NCBI GenBank assembly: GCA_035353995.1
Contig: DAOQAL010000001.1
Location: forward strand, 70,867 to 134,866
DNA from: Minisyncoccota bacterium
Lineage (GTDB): Bacteria; Patescibacteriota; Minisyncoccia; Phycocordibacterales; UBA9973
Direction: 5' to 3'
Length of the DNA stretch: 64,000 nt
Made by a program: the position numbers and the translations under genes. Positions 55,665 to 64,000 of this stretch are shown here, in pieces. The notes under the pieces are model-generated. The model did no database searches. It had not been told where the DNA came from and worked only from the letters and a program-made list of their open reading frames with translations. Numbering within the stretch: the stretch's first letter is position 1; every line of letters begins with the position of its first letter.

Positions 55665-55704
55665 TATTAGCAAGAAAGAAAGGAATATTATATAATAAGT
55701 TTGT

Positions 55705-56784
55705 ATGTTTAAGAATTTTTTTCATCTTTTTTTCCCTACACCAAAACTTCTCACGGTGCCTTCTTTTGGTTTAGATATTTCTGACGAATCTATAAAATTT
55801 ATCGAGCTTATACAAACCAATCATGGTATTAAATTAGGTAAACATGGAGAACGAAAAATTCCTGCTGGTACAATAGAGTCTGGAAAAATAAAAGACCTCA
55901 GAAAAATGGAAGAGATTTTATCTTCATTAAGAAAAGAAGACAAAATAAAGTCTGTAAGAGTTTCATTACCAGAAGAACAAGTTTACCTTTTTGAACTTAG
56001 GCTTGAAAAAGCTGGACTTCTAAATATTAGGGACAGTATCGAACTCTCTTTAGAAGAATATATACCTATATCAGCTCAAGATGCTATTTTTGACTATGAA
56101 ATTTTAAGTGAAGACGAAAAAGGTTTTGATCTTCAAGTTTCGGCAATACCTAAAAATATAGTAGAAGGGTATTTGTCTGTATTTAAAAATTCAATGATTA
56201 ATGTTCGTTCATTTGAACTTGAAGCACAAGCTATTGCGCGAGCTGTAATAAAAAAAGAAGACAAAGAGACTTACATGATTGTTGATTTTGGTGAAAAACG
56301 AGCAGGCATTTTTATTGTTTCTCGCGGTATTGTAATGTTTACTTCAACTCTGGATGTTGGAGGATCATTGCTTACAAAAATGATACAGAAAAACTTCAAA
56401 GTAACTTTTGAGGAAGCAGAAAAAATGAAGAAGAAGTATGGTTTGGAACGTAATACCGAAAACAAAGAAATGTTTTCTGTTTTATTAAATAGTATTTCGA
56501 TTCTTCGTGATGAAGTTGTTAAACATTTTGTGTATTGGCACACTCACAAAGAGGGAGGTAAGGATAGACCACCAATAAAAAAAATAATAATGTGTGGTGG
56601 TGATTCAAACTTAATAGGATTATCAGATTATTTTGCAGTAAGCACTAAAAATACTATTGAAATAGCAAATGTTTGGGTTAATATAAATAATAATAATAAA
56701 TATATTCCAGAGATTAAATTTGACCAATCTCTTACTTATGCGGCTGCTATAGGTCTTGCTTTAGGGAATTTTGAACATGATTAA
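55705..56784 (+). CDS. pilM: Type IV pilus assembly protein
   Basis: FGLDISDESIKFIEL, IVDFG, IIMCGG, AAAIGLAL actin-like fold. Confidence 0.9.
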   Translation: MFKNFFHLFFPTPKLLTVPSFGLDISDESIKFIELIQTNHGIKLGKHGERKIPAGTIESGKIKDLRKMEEILSSLRKEDKIKSVRVSLPEEQVYLFELRLEKAGLLNIRDSIELSLEEYIPISAQDAIFDYEILSEDEKGFDLQVSAIPKNIVEGYLSVFKNSMINVRSFELEAQAIARAVIKKEDKETYMIVDFGEKRAGIFIVSRGIVMFTSTLDVGGSLLTKMIQKNFKVTFEEAEKMKKKYGLERNTENKEMFSVLLNSISILRDEVVKHFVYWHTHKEGGKDRPPIKKIIMCGGDSNLIGLSDYFAVSTKNTIEIANVWVNINNNNKYIPEIKFDQSLTYAAAIGLALGNFEHD

Positions 56785-57319
56785 TTTAATTCCAATTGAA
56801 GAGAAAAAAAAGATAAAAATAGATTTCTATTTTCGTCTTTTGTCTGTATTTTTTGTAGTTCTTAGTTTTTCTATTCTTATCTCCTCTGTTTCTATAATGC
56901 CTGCTTATATAAGTTCTCTTGAAAAGAAAAATTCCGTAAATAAAAAATTAGAAGCACAAAAAAGTGAAGTTATGCCAGAAATTGATAAACAGGCTCAAGT
57001 TGCAATTAAAGATTTGAATACGCGTTTAAGTGTAATCGAAAAAGCAATAAGTAATAAATATGTTTTTTCACAAAATATAATAAATGAAGTTCTTCTTAAG
57101 CAAGAAACGGGAATAAAAATAACAAGAATTTTTTATGAAAATGATAAATTTAAAGGTCGAGTTGTTACAGTAAGTGGCATTGCGTCAAGCCGACAGCAAC
57201 TACTTTTGTTTCGTAAGGCGTTTGAAAATTCAGGTGCTTTTAAAAGCATAGATTTACCAATTTCAAACTTTGTTAAAGGTAGTGATATACAATTTACTTT
57301 AAACTTAGTGGCTATATAA
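56777..57319 (+). CDS. pilN: PilN-like pilus assembly protein
   Basis: MINLIP start, TM, coiled coil, SGIASSR; follows pilM. Confidence 0.75.
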   Translation: MINLIPIEEKKKIKIDFYFRLLSVFFVVLSFSILISSVSIMPAYISSLEKKNSVNKKLEAQKSEVMPEIDKQAQVAIKDLNTRLSVIEKAISNKYVFSQNIINEVLLKQETGIKITRIFYENDKFKGRVVTVSGIASSRQQLLLFRKAFENSGAFKSIDLPISNFVKGSDIQFTLNLVAI

Positions 57320-57320
57320 T

Positions 57321-57857
57321 ATGCAAAATAAATTTAAAAAAACTCCATTAATAATTTCTGTTTTATTTCTGCTAATTTCATGTGGTATTTTTTATTTTAT
57401 TTTTTATGAAATAAGAAATAATGTTGAAGTCACGCAACAGTCAGAAATTGATTTGCAGAAAGAGATAATAAAAAGAAATGAAGTTAGAATTTTAAATAAT
57501 TATTTCAACTCGATACAAACAGAAAAAGCACTTTTTGAAACACACTTTGTTCAAAGTTCAAACGTTGTTCCATTTTTAAATAATATTGAATATTTAGCAA
57601 AAAGCGTAGAAGTCAAAACAGAGGTAAGTTCAATAAGTATTAATGAAACTGATAATAGTTTGGTCTTAGAAATAAAAAGCTCTGGTGATTTTGAAAATAT
57701 ATACCGTTTTATCACATTGTTAGAAAATTCTTCTTATGAATTAGAGTTTATTTCTTCTGATATATATAGTGATATTGATAAAAATACCGTAAAAAGTAAA
57801 GATAATACAGACAAGTGGGAAGCTTTATTTAAAATTAAATTAGTAAGCTTTATATAA
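57321..57857 (+). CDS. pilO: PilO-like pilus assembly protein
   Basis: TM, coiled coil, SGDFENIYRFITLLEN; follows pilN. Confidence 0.7.
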   Translation: MQNKFKKTPLIISVLFLLISCGIFYFIFYEIRNNVEVTQQSEIDLQKEIIKRNEVRILNNYFNSIQTEKALFETHFVQSSNVVPFLNNIEYLAKSVEVKTEVSSISINETDNSLVLEIKSSGDFENIYRFITLLENSSYELEFISSDIYSDIDKNTVKSKDNTDKWEALFKIKLVSFI

Positions 57858-57860
57858 AAA

Positions 57861-58169
57861 ATGAAAATAAAATTTCCAAAATTTAAGAAGAATTATGAAA
57901 ATCAAAATTTCAAAATTAGTCCAGATATATACTGGAATATTTTAATTGTTTTGTTTTTTATAATAATAATAGCCGTTTTTATTTTTTCCTTTAATCTTTA
58001 TAAGCAAACAAGTGTTGAGAGCGAAGTTACATATCAAAATATAAGCGGAAAAATTGAAAAAGAGAAAAAAGAAAAAATAAATAGAGTGTTGGAATACTTT
58101 TCAGAAAGAGAACAAAAGTCAAATGAAATATTAAATTCACCTGCACCTGTTGTTGACCCTTCGCTTTAA
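57861..58169 (+). CDS. Small membrane hypothetical protein of the pil operon
   Basis: Single TM, ends VVDPSL. Confidence 0.7.
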   Translation: MKIKFPKFKKNYENQNFKISPDIYWNILIVLFFIIIIAVFIFSFNLYKQTSVESEVTYQNISGKIEKEKKEKINRVLEYFSEREQKSNEILNSPAPVVDPSL

Positions 58170-58215
58170 AAATGTTAATTTAGATTTTATACGCTTTGCT
58201 AAGTAAATATTGAAT

Positions 58216-58288
58216 GCGCGGTTAGCTCAGTTGGTAGAGCAACCCGTTTACACCGGGAAGGTCGGGGGTTCGAGTCCCTCACCGCGCA
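58216..58288 (+). tRNA. tRNA-Val(TAC)
   Basis: Acceptor GCGCGGT/ACCGCGC, loop TTTACAC. Confidence 0.95.
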
Positions 58289-58303
58289 CAAAGGCATTTA
58301 TAT

Positions 58304-58375
58304 GCCCTCGTAGTTCAATGGATAGAACAGAGCTCTTCTAAGGCTTTGATGTAGGTTCGATTCCTACCGAGGGCA
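58304..58375 (+). tRNA. tRNA-Arg(TCT)
   Basis: Acceptor GCCCTCG/CGAGGGC, loop CTTCTAA. Confidence 0.95.
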
Positions 58376-58460
58376 CAGAACTGAAAGTTTTGTGAGTCCG
58401 CAGCGCGACGGCGCGAGGAGCGGGTTGAGAAATTTTTCAGCAGAAAAATATTTGTAACCA
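58376..58460. repeat. GC-rich multi-hairpin element after tRNA-Arg(TCT)
   Basis: CACAGAACT/AGTTTTGTG, CGCG-ACGG-CGCG, ATTTTTC-AGCA-GAAAAAT within GGTT...AACC. Confidence 0.6.
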
Positions 58461-59183
58461 ATGAAAATAAAAATACTCTATGAAGATAAAGACATCTTAG
58501 CAATAGATAAACCATCTGGTATTTCTGTGCATGCAGATGGTAGAAGCAATGATAAAACGATTGTTGATTGGTTTTTGAAGAAATATCCAAAAGTAAAAAA
58601 TGTTGGTGAACCCATTTTTGTTGATGGAAAAGAAATTAAAAAACCTGGAATCGTACATCGATTAGACAGGGAAACTTCTGGCGTACTTGTTTTGGCAAAA
58701 AATCAAAAAAGTTTTTTATTTCTAAAAAAACAATTTCAAAATAGAGAAATAAAAAAAATCTACAATGCTATTGTTTCTGGTTCTGTAAAAAATGATCACG
58801 GGATAATAAATAAACCTATTGGTAGAAGTCCAAGCGATTTTAGACGCCGACTTGCTGGACGTGGCGCAAGAGGGGAGCTTCGCGATGCTATTACTGAATA
58901 TAAAGTTTTAAAAAGGTTTTCAACTTCAAAACCTTTTACTTATTTAGAAGTGAAACCTAAAACAGGACGAACTCATCAAATTCGTGTGCATATGAAATAC
59001 TTAAACCATCCAATTGTTTGTGACTCGCTTTATGATCTAAAAGGTTTTTGTCCTAAAAATCTTTCTAGAATGGCACTTCATGCAAAATCAATAGAATTCA
59101 AAAATTTAAAAGGTGAAACTCTTAAAGTAGAATCACCCATACCAAAAGAATTCGAAAAAATACTAGATCGTAAAAGTTCTTAG
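58461..59183 (+). CDS. RluA/RluD family pseudouridine synthase
   Basis: DKPSGISVH, GIVHRLDRETSG, TGRTHQIRVH, LHA. Confidence 0.95.
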   Translation: MKIKILYEDKDILAIDKPSGISVHADGRSNDKTIVDWFLKKYPKVKNVGEPIFVDGKEIKKPGIVHRLDRETSGVLVLAKNQKSFLFLKKQFQNREIKKIYNAIVSGSVKNDHGIINKPIGRSPSDFRRRLAGRGARGELRDAITEYKVLKRFSTSKPFTYLEVKPKTGRTHQIRVHMKYLNHPIVCDSLYDLKGFCPKNLSRMALHAKSIEFKNLKGETLKVESPIPKEFEKILDRKSS

Positions 59184-59240
59184 TAAAAATGTTGGTGTAA
59201 ATAAAATACAAAAAAAGGACGTCCTAGGGCGTCCTCGTTT

Positions 59241-59753
59241 TTATGCTATTTCATCTTCCTCCTCATTGAATTCCTCATTACAAAAATTATACTGAGGTTC
59301 TCTGCCAAAAAGTACTTTTACCTCTGAAATGTAATAAGTCGGTGTTGAAAAATAAATTTCTCTCCGTAACGTACCATAATCTTTTTGAAATTCTTTTTTT
59401 CTTGGCGTTACAAAAGTAATAGAATGATACTGTTCTATTACAATTTTTGTAATGTGCACTTCCAAAATTTTACATTGAATCTCGGTTATTTTTCCATTTC
59501 CATGATTCAAAGTTATAAAGGCAGAATGTTTTTTGTTTAAAGTACAAGGTGTTAAAACCCCCATCATTTTTTGAGAAAAATCAAAATAGTTTTTAGCTAT
59601 TATGTCTTCTGGATCTAAAAAAACAGGAGGAACAATCCTTTTAATAAGATTTTTAAAAAAACTTCCCATCAGGATCGTTAGAATTCCAGGGTCTATGCTT
59701 TCTTTAAACAAGACCTTCATTTCGTTGGTATTTTCTACGTATTCTTTTGTCAT
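59241..59753 (-). CDS. Hypothetical protein
   Basis: ORF with an acidic tail; probable ATG at 59753; hairpin AGGACGTCC-TA-GGGCGTCCT downstream. Confidence 0.55.
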   Translation of the reverse strand: MTKEYVENTNEMKVLFKESIDPGILTILMGSFFKNLIKRIVPPVFLDPEDIIAKNYFDFSQKMMGVLTPCTLNKKHSAFITLNHGNGKITEIQCKILEVHITKIVIEQYHSITFVTPRKKEFQKDYGTLRREIYFSTPTYYISEVKVLFGREPQYNFCNEEFNEEEDEIA

Positions 59754-59853
59754 AGAGCGTTTTTCTTTTAAAATATCATTATTATTATTGCAAGTCAAAC
59801 GATAAAATTTAGTATTTGCTATAAAAAAAAATTTATGCTAAAGTGTTTTCATT

Positions 59854-60258
59854 ATGTTAGTAAGTAAAACAAAATTAAGTCCAGTGGACACAGAGGCTCG
59901 TAGCAAAATAGATTTTCACGCAGGTGATACCATTCGTGTATGGTCTAAGATTTTGGACGAAAAAGGAAAACAAAGACTTCAGGCATTTGAAGGTTTGGTT
60001 TTGGCTAAAAAGCACGGTAAAGAAATTGGTGCCACTTTTACAGTCAGAAGAGTTGCTTCTGGTGTTGGTGTAGAAAGAATATTTCCACTTTTCTCTCCAT
60101 CTATAGATAAAATTGAAGTAATTAAAAAATCACGTGCTCGCAGAGCAAAGTTGTATTATGTTAGAAATAAAGCCGTAAAAGATGTAAGAAGAAAATTGCG
60201 TTCATTTGCAAATTCAGTGGAGGAAGATTCAGTTGAAGAAGAAAAAAAAGAAGAATAA
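59854..60258 (+). CDS. rplS: 50S ribosomal protein L19
   Basis: GDTIRV, RLQAFEG, TFTVRRVASGVGVERIFP, RRAKLYYVR. Confidence 0.97.
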   Translation: MLVSKTKLSPVDTEARSKIDFHAGDTIRVWSKILDEKGKQRLQAFEGLVLAKKHGKEIGATFTVRRVASGVGVERIFPLFSPSIDKIEVIKKSRARRAKLYYVRNKAVKDVRRKLRSFANSVEEDSVEEEKKEE

Positions 60259-60260
60259 TA

Positions 60261-60296
60261 AAAAAGAAAAACCCACAATTGTGGGTTTTTCTTTTT
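60261..60296. terminator. Intrinsic terminator after rplS
   Basis: Perfect palindrome AAAAAGAAAAACCCACAATTGTGGGTTTTTCTTTTT. Confidence 0.85.
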
Positions 60297-60330
60297 GTGA
60301 AATATGATAATATAAAAAAGTTCGAAAAGA

Positions 60331-60414
60331 GCCCAGGTGGCGAAACTGGTAGACGTACTACCTTGAGGTGGTAGCGCCCGCAAGGGCATGGGAGTTCAAA
60401 TCTCCCCCTGGGCA
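60331..60414 (+). tRNA. tRNA-Leu(GAG)
   Basis: Acceptor GCCCAGG/CCTGGGC, stem CTACC/GGTAG, loop TTGAGGT, long variable arm. Confidence 0.95.
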
Positions 60415-61155
60415 CTATTCTTTTGGAAAATAAGGATGTGGGAATGATTTTACAATTGCCCGCGCTTTTATTTCATTATTTATTATGATTCCTTCTATGT
60501 ATATACTGTCACCAATTTGAAAAGTTTTAGGTTTTATATTTTCTAACACAACTCGATAATTTAATATCTCGTCTTCTTCTATTTTTGGTTCGATAGCAAC
60601 CAAAAGGGAATTTTGTTGTATATCAAGAATTATTCCTCTAAATATTTTTTCATCAAGATCAGGACGTGTTCTAACTTTTTCATAGATGCTTCCAATAAAA
60701 ATTGGATTGTCATGTGTGTCGTGCCAAATATTATATTGCAATGAAGTTCCCTGGTCTATTATTACTCCACATATTGTCATTACAAAAACAGTTCCAAGTC
60801 CAAGATAAAGTATTGGTGTTTTATAACCAAAACGAAAAGAACGAATCATAAGTCCAGCCCAGATTATTAAAGCAGAATTAAGTAAAAATAATCCCCAAGG
60901 AAATAATTTAAAAAATAAAACAGTTCCATGTCCTCCAAGCCCAATTAGTGATATTTGGTCGCTTGCTCTTAGGCTGAATAAAACAAAACTACATAAAAAA
61001 ATCGAAATTATAAAAATAGCGATTATTATTAAAACAAGAAAAACGATCCTTAGTTTAAAATAAGTTTTTGATTTTTGTTTCAAACCCTCTTTTTCTATCC
61101 TTTGAAACAGTTCTTTTGTGATTTCTTTTTGTTGATATCCCTTATCGTTTTCCAT
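60415..61155 (-). CDS. Membrane protein with a C-terminal OB-fold, putative anti-sigma factor
   Basis: Overlaps the 3' end of an ECF sigma; three TMs; FRGIILDI...FQIGDSIYIEG..NEIKA. Confidence 0.65.
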   Translation of the reverse strand: MENDKGYQQKEITKELFQRIEKEGLKQKSKTYFKLRIVFLVLIIIAIFIISIFLCSFVLFSLRASDQISLIGLGGHGTVLFFKLFPWGLFLLNSALIIWAGLMIRSFRFGYKTPILYLGLGTVFVMTICGVIIDQGTSLQYNIWHDTHDNPIFIGSIYEKVRTRPDLDEKIFRGIILDIQQNSLLVAIEPKIEEDEILNYRVVLENIKPKTFQIGDSIYIEGIIINNEIKARAIVKSFPHPYFPKE

Positions 61156-61723
61156 TTTTTTCTTCTATATTGTTATAAGCTTTTTTTAATGATTCTTTAC
61201 CTCTTTTAATTCTTACGCCAACGGTTCCAGTAGGAATTTTGAGAATATCAGAAATCTCTTTATAACTAAAATCTTCAATATAGTGCAGAATAATAACTTC
61301 TTTGTATTTTGGTTCTAACGTGTCTAAACATGAATCAATTATTTTTTTTAATTCTTTTGTTTCGCGCTCTCTTTCCTCTGGGTCTTCATAAACTTGATGA
61401 GAAATTAATGTATCAAAATCAAAATAATTTATTGGATTGAAAAATTGTTTTTTTAATCCATTTATAAAAGCGTTATGTGCGATTCTGTAGATCCAAGATG
61501 AAAATTTAAAAGAAGGATCATAGTTTTGTATACTTTGATAAGTATTTATAAAAATATCTTGCACAATGTCATCAATATTTTCTTTGCGAGAAAGAAATTT
61601 TCTTCCGTAACGAGACAATTTATCATTATAACGTTCTATCAATAAACCAAATTTTTCCTTGTCTCCTTGTTGTACAAGAATTGCGATGTCTTCATCTGTT
61701 ATCTCTTTTTTCCCATGATACAT
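61142..61723 (-). CDS. ECF RNA polymerase sigma factor
   Basis: DDIVQDIF, FSSWIYRIAHN, SYKEISDILKIPTGTVGVRIKRG. Confidence 0.94.
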   Translation of the reverse strand: MYHGKKEITDEDIAILVQQGDKEKFGLLIERYNDKLSRYGRKFLSRKENIDDIVQDIFINTYQSIQNYDPSFKFSSWIYRIAHNAFINGLKKQFFNPINYFDFDTLISHQVYEDPEERERETKELKKIIDSCLDTLEPKYKEVIILHYIEDFSYKEISDILKIPTGTVGVRIKRGKESLKKAYNNIEEKNGKR

Positions 61724-61780
61724 AGCGTATTATTTATATACTTAATATCGCTTTATAACAAGGGATATTGTATTTCTATA

Positions 61781-61807
61781 AAAAAACCCATAAAATATGG
61801 GTTTTTT
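61781..61807. terminator. Intrinsic terminator
   Basis: AAAAAACCCATA-AAA-TATGGGTTTTTT. Confidence 0.75.
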
Positions 61808-61872
61808 AGTTGAATATTCAACTAATGCTAAACATGTCAGCATTTGTTATCTTATTAAATTTTATTATATTT

Positions 61873-62379
61873 TTACACCATATCAACATAGAAAAGTTTG
61901 TCTTTTATCTCGTTCTTTGCAATTTTTGTTTTAGCTAAATTATTTTTGCTATTTTCTACTACCGCTTTTATTGATGTTTCACTTATTACGCCTCTAACTT
62001 TTACAATGTCACCAACTTTTATATCAGAAAGCGCGATAGCAACAGGAACACCTGGAATAGCTACTCCGTTTCTTGATGTAAGAACGGAAGATTTCAAAAG
62101 AGTTGCATCAGAAGCATCTACAACGTATATAACATTGTGTTTGCCTGTTATCGTTAGCATTGGACCTGAAATCGCAGTAACCACTCCACTTGCTCCTTGC
62201 CCTTTTCCTTTTCCAAAGCCATACCTATTACCGGTAGAATTATTTGCACTCGATATATTACCTGACGATGTGTCTGCTCGAGCAGTATTTGTAAAACTTA
62301 CCGGGCCTACCCCTAGCGTTGTGACTAAAGAAGCCATCACTAGCGGGATAAAAATTTTTCTTTTTTTTATACGTCTCAT
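61873..62379 (-). CDS. Secreted OB-fold (DUF5666-like) protein
   Basis: Signal peptide ending ARA; SGVVTAISG..LTI, YVVDASDA, LSDIKVGDIVKVRG. Confidence 0.7.
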   Translation of the reverse strand: MRRIKKRKIFIPLVMASLVTTLGVGPVSFTNTARADTSSGNISSANNSTGNRYGFGKGKGQGASGVVTAISGPMLTITGKHNVIYVVDASDATLLKSSVLTSRNGVAIPGVPVAIALSDIKVGDIVKVRGVISETSIKAVVENSKNNLAKTKIAKNEIKDKLFYVDMV

Positions 62380-62522
62380 TTTTTTAAAGGTATTACTAAT
62401 AATGGCACGAGGCTAACTAAAACTATGTTTCTAAATTTTCGACCTGTATATACTATTACAATAATAAAAATCTTTTATTTCACCTTGACGACTTTTTTTA
62501 AAAAAATTGCTATATTATATAT

Positions 62523-63077
62523 ATGCTATACACAGGAAAAGGTGATGATGGTACAACAAAAACTTTTGGATGTGACCAAAGGATTTCTAAAAGTTCAAAG
62601 ATAGCTGAAGCCTTAGGATCTTTAGATGAGATCAATTCTTTTCTTGGAATTTGCAAAGTAAAAGCAGAAGATAAAAAAATAACATTAACAAATGGAACAA
62701 AGGTGGAAGAAATTGTTAATGATATTCAAAAAAATCTTTTCATCGTTCAAGCAGAGTTAGCTGGTGCTTCGATGTCGATTGATAAAAATAAATTAGAAGA
62801 AGCTGAAGAAATAATTTCTCTTATCGAAAAAGAACTTCCACCAATAAAACATTTTTTTATTTCCGGAGGAACAGAACTGGCATCATTGTTTGATTTTGCT
62901 CGTACTGTTGCTCGCAGAGCCGAGAGGAGAATAATTGATGTTGATCTAGAAAAAATGGTAGAAGTCAGTGACAGAACTAAAGCATATTTAAATCGTCTAT
63001 CAAGTTTACTTTATGCATTAGCTAGACTTGCGAACCATAAATCTGGTATAACAGAAGAAGGTCCTGATTATAAATAG
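62523..63077 (+). CDS. PduO-type ATP:cob(I)alamin adenosyltransferase
   Basis: LYTGKGDDGTT, GSLDEINS, ARTVARRAER, YLNRLS. Confidence 0.93.
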   Translation: MLYTGKGDDGTTKTFGCDQRISKSSKIAEALGSLDEINSFLGICKVKAEDKKITLTNGTKVEEIVNDIQKNLFIVQAELAGASMSIDKNKLEEAEEIISLIEKELPPIKHFFISGGTELASLFDFARTVARRAERRIIDVDLEKMVEVSDRTKAYLNRLSSLLYALARLANHKSGITEEGPDYK

Positions 63078-63088
63078 GACTTACATAT

Positions 63089-63161
63089 GGTGCCTATAGT
63101 GTAATGGTTAGCACTAGGGTTTGTGGAACCCTCAGTCAGAGTTCGAATCTCTGTAGGCACC
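63089..63161 (+). tRNA. tRNA-His(GTG)
   Basis: G-1, acceptor GTGCCTA/TAGGCAC, C discriminator, loop TTGTGGA. Confidence 0.95.
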
Positions 63162-63378
63162 CAGCAGTCAGCGACTAAAGAATAGACCGGTAAGGTATAG
63201 GTTTTTCTAGATTCATCAAAAATCTGGTTCTAGACCTTTTAGGTTCAAAATTCGATAATATTCTTTATTATCAACTTAAAAATCAAAAATTCAAAAGTTC
63301 TAATCTCTAGAGGTCGGGATTACTAGGTGTCCTGAAAGGGTCGAGTGTTTTATTGGTAAGTTTTGATATAATAAACTT

Positions 63379-64000
63379 ATGAAAAGTAGACTTTTACATT
63401 GGATCCCAAGAGTTTTATCGATAATTTTTGTTTTATTTTTGTGTTTATTTTCTTTGGACGGTTTTGCTGAATTCAATGGTTGGCAAACCATTTTAGTTGT
63501 CATTACTCACTTGATTATTCCATTTATAGTTTTATTAGGAACGATTATCTCTTGGAAAAGAGATTTGGTTGGTACTATAATATTTTTCTTTTTTGCTATG
63601 TATTATGTCTATATGGTTGGACTTGATCGTCACTTTAGTTGGTATGTATCTATTTCTGGGCCAGCATTACTAATAGCCATTCTTTTCTTTACAAATTGGT
63701 TATCTAGTAGAAAAAATATTCAAAATTTTCAATATATAAAAACAAAAGACGGATTAGAGATATTTACAGAATCAATTGGTAATAAAAATAATCCAGCAAT
63801 TATTTTGATAATGGGAGCAATGAATCAAAGTGTATTTTGGTATGATTCTTTTTGTAAAAAGTTGGCAGATTCTGGATTTTTTGTAATTAGATACGATCAT
63901 AGAGATACTGGTTTTTCTTCTGTTGTAGATTTTAAAGAAAATTCATATACATTAGATAATTTAACAGAAGATGTTATATGTATTTTAGATGGATATAATA
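63379..64000 (+). CDS. Partial ORF: four-TM membrane domain fused to an alpha/beta-hydrolase (runs off the window)
   Basis: Manual translation MKSRLLHWIPRVLSII...continuing without a stop into IFTESIGNKNNPAIILIMGA...FFVIRYDHRDTGFS. Confidence 0.85.
   Translation, partial: MKSRLLHWIPRVLSIIFVLFLCLFSLDGFAEFNGWQTILVVITHLIIPFIVLLGTIISWKRDLVGTIIFFFFAMYYVYMVGLDRHFSWYVSISGPALLIAILFFTNWLSSRKNIQNFQYIKTKDGLEIFTESIGNKNNPAIILIMGAMNQSVFWYDSFCKKLADSGFFVIRYDHRDTGFSSVVDFKENSYTLDNLTEDVICILDGYN

Noticed and set aside
3680-62416. Many short ORFs antisense to or overlapping real genes (e.g. 3680-4000, 13580-14152, 20368-20796, 31569-31865, 61898-62416)
   Set aside because: Shadow frames of well-supported genes, with no motifs or independent expression signals
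63320-63340. GGTGTCCTG as a fold-back partner of the tRNA-His 3' end
   Set aside because: Only 8 bp with a bulge and 165 nt away; not distinguishable from chance
1-64000. Alternative genetic code (TGA=Gly) as in some CPR lineages
   Set aside because: TGA ends yraN, pcrA and tsaE at the expected positions, and conserved genes are intact under the standard code
1-64000. CRISPR array, rRNA, prophage or IS transposase
   Set aside because: No regularly spaced repeat-spacer series, rRNA-like stretch, phage structural gene or transposase ORF seen

Overview
An AT-rich chromosomal window read with the standard bacterial code. Gene content, compact gene versions and mostly leaderless starts point to a CPR/Patescibacteria genome, probably Parcubacteria (inference). 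It spans the replication-origin region (jag-yidC-yidD-rnpA-rpmH / dnaA-oriC-dnaN), with parS-like sites at the left end. It also carries 10 tRNAs, housekeeping genes (pcrA, rsmA, PBP1A, tyrS, ruvABC, yebC, polA, tsaE, rpsT, rplS), type IV pilus genes (pilB-like ATPase, pilM/N/O), two ECF sigma modules (one heading a MacAB-like exporter operon) and several transporters. Most notable: (1) a 16.5 kb origin-adjacent type IV secretion-like locus (VirB4, PrgI, VirB6-like, VirB2-like) with no relaxase or integrase in view, whose pilin is fused to a Zn-peptidase (M15/LAS-like) domain, alongside large secreted proteins, one with internal signal-peptide-like motifs; (2) an unannotated rod-like ncRNA candidate with its own consensus promoter at 33.7-34.0 kb; (3) a leader upstream of a LysM/M23 hydrolase resembling the 3' half of the c-di-AMP riboswitch; (4) palindromic elements at several tRNA ends that copy or complement the tRNA termini, flank orphan genes and may have left in-frame hairpins in housekeeping genes; (5) small ORFs missed by the ORF track (rpmH and a 54-aa ultra-acidic peptide) and a poly-T frameshift in a ZIP transporter. 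All family calls come from motif recognition by eye; no searches were run.
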